DNA of 32,000 nucleotides, from NCBI GenBank assembly GCA_030149205.1, contig JASBSB010000007.1:210001-242000 (forward strand), written 5' to 3'. This stretch comes from Candidatus Heimdallarchaeota archaeon (GTDB lineage Archaea > Asgardarchaeota > Heimdallarchaeia > Heimdallarchaeales > Kariarchaeaceae). Positions 26,959-32,000 of this stretch are shown here, in pieces. The position numbers were made by a program, and so were the translations under genes. Below the pieces are notes generated by a model, which made no database searches, was not told where the DNA came from, and saw only the letters and a list, made by a program, of their open reading frames with translations. Within the stretch, counting starts at the first letter, position 1, and each line of letters starts with the position of its first letter.

Positions 26959-27155
26959 TTCGGGTTAAACACTCCATTTGTAAGTTGCTCAATGAGAGTT
27001 TTTGCATAGTCAACCAAATTGAATACGAGGATTCCGAGACCAAGGAAGATCAATACTCCCATCCCAATTAGAATCGCCTCTTCTAATAAAGGAGAGCTTC
27101 TTTTTGACCTTTTTAATTTATATAGTTTTTGAATAACAATTCTGTTTTTGTTCAT
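26955..27155 (-). CDS. Small type IV pilin-like protein with class III signal peptide
   Basis: Basic leader ending KRS, then SPLLE (Glu at +5) and a hydrophobic helix. Only 66 aa. Confidence 0.6.
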   Translation of the reverse strand: MNKNRIVIQKLYKLKRSKRSSPLLEEAILIGMGVLIFLGLGILVFNLVDYAKTLIEQLTNGVFNPK

Positions 27156-27342
27156 AAAATAGTTTGTGACCTAGTTATTTAAGCTAATTAATTTTTAGAA
27201 CACAGAGTTTAATTTACAAGAATTCAAAATATGTGTTTTTAAATTTCCAATAATTCGTATCGCAAATTAGAATTTATCAGATCAATAATTGATTTATGTT
27301 CAGAAAGATATTTATTGAATTCCGTAAATCTAAAACCTACTA

Positions 27343-28029
27343 ATGAAAAAAGCTTCATCCAACCTTGATAGGGAAGTTAAAAACGCATTAGTTGAATATA
27401 AAATACTTCTCGACCAACAATCCAAGGAAAGAGAAATGATTATTGAAGAACTTGACAAATTCACCTTGGCAACAACAAACATAGGTCGTTTAGATGAGAA
27501 AATTGAAATTATTCGGTCTCTTTTACTCGAAATGAAAACGAAGTTTGAGGGAACATCAAATTTCGAACTAACTTCATTGAACGATTCAAATCCAGATTTG
27601 GTCGAATCAAAGCAAGATTTAAGCTCTCTCTCCGCTCTAATTAATGAAAAAGCTGGAGAAGTTCAAGAAAAGGATTCTTACATCGAAAATCTTAATCATA
27701 AGATTGAAAGATTATCCAGTGAAAAATTTGAACTAAACAATGAAATCGAAAAGATGAACAAAGCCATTGAGAATTGGAAAAATCAATTAGAATTATTGGA
27801 AAAACTAGCTTTGACTGATCCAAGATATAAGATTATTGGTGTTTTAAAGAAACATGAGGAGATGAGTGAGATTCAATTGGCTTTTACACTCGGGAATTCT
27901 ATAATTCAAGTGAAAAAATATTTAAACGAATTATTAGAATTAGGGTTAATTCAGCAACTCAACAATGGAAAAATTGTTATAAATGCTAATTACAAAGGTT
28001 CAAATGATTTTTTATTTGAGAAATTTTAA
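27343..28029 (+). CDS. Hypothetical coiled-coil protein with C-terminal winged helix-turn-helix
   Basis: Heptad-rich E/K/L segments, then DPRYKIIGVLKKHEEMSEIQLAFTLG ... VKKYLNELLELGLI with a beta-hairpin end. Confidence 0.65.
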   Translation: MKKASSNLDREVKNALVEYKILLDQQSKEREMIIEELDKFTLATTNIGRLDEKIEIIRSLLLEMKTKFEGTSNFELTSLNDSNPDLVESKQDLSSLSALINEKAGEVQEKDSYIENLNHKIERLSSEKFELNNEIEKMNKAIENWKNQLELLEKLALTDPRYKIIGVLKKHEEMSEIQLAFTLGNSIIQVKKYLNELLELGLIQQLNNGKIVINANYKGSNDFLFEKF

Positions 28030-28084
28030 TAGAATGTGAGACTACCGATCGATTGAAAAAGACAAACACATTCATTCATATTAA

Positions 28085-28403
28085 CCCCAGGTAACACTAT
28101 GTGGCCAGCTTGGGCCTGGCTTGAAACTGGAGAATGCTCAATACCAGACAGATGAAGTAATTTCGGGAGAAACCAAATAAAAGTTTCCATCCTCTCGATG
28201 ACAGTGAAATGTGGTCTATCGAAGGCGTGCACTTGTGGAAATTGTTTCCGTAGGGAAACTTTAGAAGCTTTGCCCAACAAAGGGTCAGGTTCGGAAGAAA
28301 GCAGCCCACTGGGAGTGTTCGTCGCTCAAGAGTAACTGCATGGAGTCTAAAGGGGAAGGGGGGCTTATATGAGGACTCACAAGATTACTCGTGCCTAGAG
28401 GGG
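28085..28403 (+). ncRNA. ffs: Archaeal signal recognition particle RNA (7S); ends approximate
   Basis: Helix 8 GGGTCAGGTTC-GGAA-GAAAGCAGCCC (28282-28307). Helix 6 GTTTCC-GTAG-GGAAAC with GNAR loop (28244-28259). Long helix 5 pairings (GCACTT/GAGTGT, AGTAATTT/AGATTACT). Alu hairpins GCCAG/CTGGC and CTGG/CCAG with complementary loops. Confidence 0.93.
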
Positions 28404-28475
28404 AAAAAACTAGAAATATTGTAATTATTTGCTTAATATTAAGTAAGATTATATTTGATTTGTATTATGGTACTT

Positions 28476-29210
28476 ATGTCTCAATTTTCTCTTCCACGAG
28501 TTACAACTGGAATTACAGGGCTAGATATAATGCTAGGGGGGGGCTTTCCAAAAGAACGTACAATTCTCATTGCAGGACCAGCAGGTGCTGGCAAATCAAC
28601 CTTTGGTTTACAATTTTTATACACTGGAATAATACAAGAAGATGAACCAGGGATTTATGTTTCATTTGATGAAACATTGTCTAATGTTAGAACTGATGCA
28701 GCATCATATGGATGGGATCTAAAAACATTGGAAAACCAAAACTTATTAGCAATGGTTGATGGATTTAGTGGGAGGGCTGGTGTAGCTTCCAATGAAAAAT
28801 ATCAAACTAAGTTAGAAGTTGATGAACTCTTAACTCTTCTTATTTCTCTTATTGACTCAGTAGGAGCAGAAAGAGTTGTGATTGATTCAATTACCGCATT
28901 AGCTCTAAGTGTAGATGATGAGCTTCTAATTAGAAAAGAGATATTAAAACTTTCTGCTGTAATGTCATCCTTGACTTGTACAACACTTATGATCTCTGAA
29001 ATGCAAAATTCAGATGAAATTTCGAGATTCGGAGTTGAAGAATTTATGGCTCAGGGTGTTATAACCTTGAAATATGATTTTGGTAAAAAAGGTACTAGGA
29101 GTTTACAAGTGAGAAAAATGAGAGGTATATCTCATAGTATGATTGAAAGACCATTTAATTTAACAAATAATGGGGTTGAAGTTTATCATGACGAAATTTT
29201 GTATCAGTGA
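28476..29210 (+). CDS. Single-domain KaiC-like (RAD55 family) ATPase
   Basis: TTGITGLDIMLGGGFP, Walker A GPAGAGKST, SFDE, Walker B VVIDSI, RSLQVRKMRG. Start may be 28467 or 28476. Confidence 0.92.
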   Translation: MSQFSLPRVTTGITGLDIMLGGGFPKERTILIAGPAGAGKSTFGLQFLYTGIIQEDEPGIYVSFDETLSNVRTDAASYGWDLKTLENQNLLAMVDGFSGRAGVASNEKYQTKLEVDELLTLLISLIDSVGAERVVIDSITALALSVDDELLIRKEILKLSAVMSSLTCTTLMISEMQNSDEISRFGVEEFMAQGVITLKYDFGKKGTRSLQVRKMRGISHSMIERPFNLTNNGVEVYHDEILYQ

Positions 29211-29211
29211 A

Positions 29212-31308
29212 TTAAATAAATCTATTTAATATATCCGTGGATTTTTCTTTTGGATCAATCCATCCAAATTGATTGACACTTATTGTTAATTCATTAGAGT
29301 AGTTATCCAATCTGCTTACTCCCTTAATCCAAATTTTTCTTTGCAGCAATTTGTCTTTTTGCTGCTCTATTGGTGTGGTTTCATCACCTGTGCGTTCAAT
29401 AATTTCATAAGCCTCTTTTCCTGATAAACCAAGCAGCTTTTCTGCAATTTCCCCGAAAAATTTTGCTCGAATTGTATCTTCGTGATCATCCAATGTTATG
29501 GTTAGTATCATAACCTTCTTTGATTCTGATTGTTCTCCATGCTCAGGACAAACACCAATCCCATCTTCTATTACAATTTTTCTATTACAGCTAAGACATG
29601 AATCATAGAAAAATAACTTTGAAGTTAAACTTGAAATTGACCCCTCTACTTCTACATTTAAATTTTCATCTTTAATATGAATTATTGCTGTTTTTTCGTA
29701 AAAATTACTGTTTATTAATTCATCAGCAGTTTTAAATAAAACATTTGTATCATCAAAATCTGTAATTTTCTCAACCCTAGAATTTCTACCAATTGTTAAA
29801 GATAGGCCATATTCATTTCTCTTTGCTCTAACAAAGCTTAATCTTATGGTGTCTCCAACTTCTAAAGTTTCAATTAATTTTATATCATCATCCCATGCAG
29901 CTAACTGTCCCCGTTCTCCATTCTCATCTATTACATTTAAGTTTAAGACTTTTCCTTCACTCATGTCTGTTTTCCGTGTAATTGATTTTAGTTCATTTTT
30001 TTGAGTTATTTTCACTTTAAAAAATCCAGCTGGTGTTTTCTCTTTAATTTCTTGAAATAGTTTATATGGTAGATTTTCAACTTCTGTAGAGTTTATTTCA
30101 CCTATTGAAACTTTAGAATTTCTAGTAAAAGTAAGTTCTAATTGTTGTTGATAATTATTGTATCTAACTAGCAAATTTTCTAAGGTTATGTTAGTATTTA
30201 CCTTTGCATTTTCAAACTTTTCAATCTCCTCATTCCAAATATTTAGTGGAAGTACTCCGGTATCATCCATCAAATAAAGTTGGGTTAATTTATATTCACC
30301 ACCTTTCCCTTCAATAGTTTTGGTTTCCCCAATGTTGGCTATGTTTGCAGATAAATTAATTCCTGTATCTATTAACTCTTCAGTGATATCTGATATCTTT
30401 AATATTGTTTTTGAATCTATTCTTTGATTTAGTTTGCTCAATTCTTCATCTTCAACAATTTCAAATGATGAGTAATCTGCAAAAGTTAGACCCAATTCAT
30501 TGTTTTTATCTTTTTTAACTTGCAGATTATAAAATTCAAAAACCGAACCAACCTCGAATTTTTCTAACAAAAGACTTTTTTCATTCCAGAAAGTAATTCT
30601 TATAGAACCAGATTTATCAATAAGTAATATACTTCCCACTTTCCCACTTGAACCGTCAGCTCTTTGGAAGGTGTTAATTCCATTGTTAAATTTTATTAAC
30701 CCCTTAACACTTGTATCTTGAAATTTTTCAGGGTCAATTTCATTAATAGGTATTATTGGAGGTAAGGTCACTTCAGGAAATTCATCTTCATTAATTCCAA
30801 TTACATTGGGATCTATTATCGATCCTGAGGTCATAGAGATTTCTACAGTTTCATTTCGACCTAACCTTGGGTCTACATTTGATACACGAACTAATTGTCC
30901 AACTGATAGACCTAACTCTTCAACTAAATCAACAGCTTTATCCCAAAGAGTTAAAACTATACCCCCAGATTTATCAATTAATTCAATTTTTCTGAACTTT
31001 CCTGCTGTGTTGTCTTTTCTGGTAAAATGTCTTGTTCTATAAATTTTACTGATTCTACCTATTAAAGAGACAGGCCCCATTCCTGGAGTTAGATCTTCAA
31101 TCAATAACTCTTTTGATCCTCCTGAGGAATCAGTATTTAATGGAACCTCAAGATTGTTTGCTAAAAGATAAGCCGCTCCCTGTTCATTAACAAAATTGTT
31201 TAACTTTTCTTGAGTTTCCTTAACAAGTTTATAAATTTCTTCTTTTGATTTCCCGGTTTTTTTGCTTATTAGGGAAACCACTTCTTCCGTTGATAATTGG
31301 GTACTCAT
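29212..31308 (-). CDS. rpa: Replication protein A large subunit (five OB folds, Zn finger in the last)
   Basis: Repeated OB motifs (DKSG..LTLWD, DKSG..ITFWN, DDTG..LNIWN, DENG..LAAWD, DDHE..AKFFG) and CLSC ... CPEH. Confidence 0.92.
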   Translation of the reverse strand: MSTQLSTEEVVSLISKKTGKSKEEIYKLVKETQEKLNNFVNEQGAAYLLANNLEVPLNTDSSGGSKELLIEDLTPGMGPVSLIGRISKIYRTRHFTRKDNTAGKFRKIELIDKSGGIVLTLWDKAVDLVEELGLSVGQLVRVSNVDPRLGRNETVEISMTSGSIIDPNVIGINEDEFPEVTLPPIIPINEIDPEKFQDTSVKGLIKFNNGINTFQRADGSSGKVGSILLIDKSGSIRITFWNEKSLLLEKFEVGSVFEFYNLQVKKDKNNELGLTFADYSSFEIVEDEELSKLNQRIDSKTILKISDITEELIDTGINLSANIANIGETKTIEGKGGEYKLTQLYLMDDTGVLPLNIWNEEIEKFENAKVNTNITLENLLVRYNNYQQQLELTFTRNSKVSIGEINSTEVENLPYKLFQEIKEKTPAGFFKVKITQKNELKSITRKTDMSEGKVLNLNVIDENGERGQLAAWDDDIKLIETLEVGDTIRLSFVRAKRNEYGLSLTIGRNSRVEKITDFDDTNVLFKTADELINSNFYEKTAIIHIKDENLNVEVEGSISSLTSKLFFYDSCLSCNRKIVIEDGIGVCPEHGEQSESKKVMILTITLDDHEDTIRAKFFGEIAEKLLGLSGKEAYEIIERTGDETTPIEQQKDKLLQRKIWIKGVSRLDNYSNELTISVNQFGWIDPKEKSTDILNRFI

Positions 31309-31414
31309 ATTGCTGCCTCGAATTCCTCGGTAATTATAATTAGACTTTGGTTATTTAAAGAGATAGGATAGACACATCATTAAATATAATAATAAACAAT
31401 TTAGCAGACGGGGG

Positions 31415-32000
31415 TTAATTTAATGCGAACTCTCTTGTTGACCCTATATATGTAACATCTAATTCTGTGCATACAGCCTCATTGTTTATTATTTCACTTA
31501 AATTTGGGATTGTTCTTGAATTATCTCCTGATATGAATTCTTTGATGTAAGTTCCCCCCTGGGCTTTTATTAACACTTCAAGTGTTTTAGGGTCGTATTT
31601 TAATATCTCAATTTTTAAAATGTCTTTATGTCTTATTTTGTCAACTCTCCTATGTAAAACTCTTCGAGGTGTTGCTTGGTTTATCTGAAGTGGGTATTTT
31701 ATCTCTTTGATTTTACTTAATTTAGTTAAATCCAACTCATTAGTTAATTTGATTAAAGCTCTGTATTCTTTTACATTAAATTGGGACAGCTCTTTTAATT
31801 CCTTTATTTTTTTTCTGTCACAAAACTCAAGAGAGTTGACACTAACAATATTGGATGCGTTGATTTGTCTTTCTATTAATTCTAAATCCATATTTCTGGT
31901 TGTTGGATTTTTTAATTCTAAAACAAAAGGTCTTCCTTCTCCTAACATTTTTGCATCAATATCTTCCCTTCCTGCTCCATGAAAACTTGAACTTGTATAT
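31415..32000 (-). CDS. pus10: tRNA pseudouridine(54/55) synthase Pus10, C-terminal part (5' end outside window)
   Basis: The frame is open to the window edge and includes FHGAGREDIDAKMLGEGRPFVLE (catalytic Asp), QATPRRVLHRR and GGTYIKEFISGD. Confidence 0.95.
   Translation of the reverse strand, partial: YTSSSFHGAGREDIDAKMLGEGRPFVLELKNPTTRNMDLELIERQINASNIVSVNSLEFCDRKKIKELKELSQFNVKEYRALIKLTNELDLTKLSKIKEIKYPLQINQATPRRVLHRRVDKIRHKDILKIEILKYDPKTLEVLIKAQGGTYIKEFISGDNSRTIPNLSEIINNEAVCTELDVTYIGSTREFALN

Noticed and set aside
28026-28309. Minus-strand ORFs 28026..28280 and 28097..28309
   Set aside because: They are antisense to the SRP RNA, whose higher GC content lowers stop-codon frequency. No protein motifs.
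28030-28400. First considered as RNase P RNA
   Set aside because: The GAGGAAAGUCC core is absent, while the SRP helix 6 and helix 8 motifs are clear.
249-31982. Numerous 60-190 aa ORFs overlapping real genes (e.g. 249..545, 699..1052, 2707..3267, 2712..2990, 9394..9792, 13992..14186, 17851..18141, 19081..19263, 28391..28645, 31707..31982)
   Set aside because: These are shadow frames of confidently identified genes or RNAs, with no recognisable domains.
1-32000. CRISPR arrays, IS elements, integrases, prophage or defence islands
   Set aside because: No regularly spaced repeats, terminal inverted repeats, or transposase/integrase motifs were seen by eye.

Overview
AT-rich archaeal chromosomal window, most likely from an Asgard archaeon and plausibly Heimdallarchaeia-like. 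The taxonomy is inferred from an Arf-type small GTPase, an OSTC/DC2-like oligosaccharyltransferase subunit, a DENN/Avl9-like protein and Nuo-type complex I genes sitting among archaeal housekeeping genes. It is mostly core genome: gatDE, urocanate hydratase, GGGP synthase, nuoA/C/D, the rps19e-PDCD5-rpl39e-rpl31e-eIF6 operon, a YchF-like GTPase, srp54, a TFB paralog, truA, rfcS, rps17e-rps10, RPA and pus10 (partial). Features missing from the ORF track and found by reading the sequence: rpl39e, an intron-containing tRNA-Arg(CCT), the SRP (7S) RNA, a partial Lsm-like gene and the true N-terminus of rps17e, which appears to start at an ATC codon. I saw no mobile element, CRISPR array or prophage. 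The best candidate for an undescribed system is a translationally coupled pair: an Arf-like GTPase plus a Zn-motif/pseudoGTPase-like partner. The window also holds several apparently degenerate enzyme homologues (RadB-like, Nif3-like, TrmY-like, KaiC-like). All family calls come from motif recognition by eye; no database search was run.
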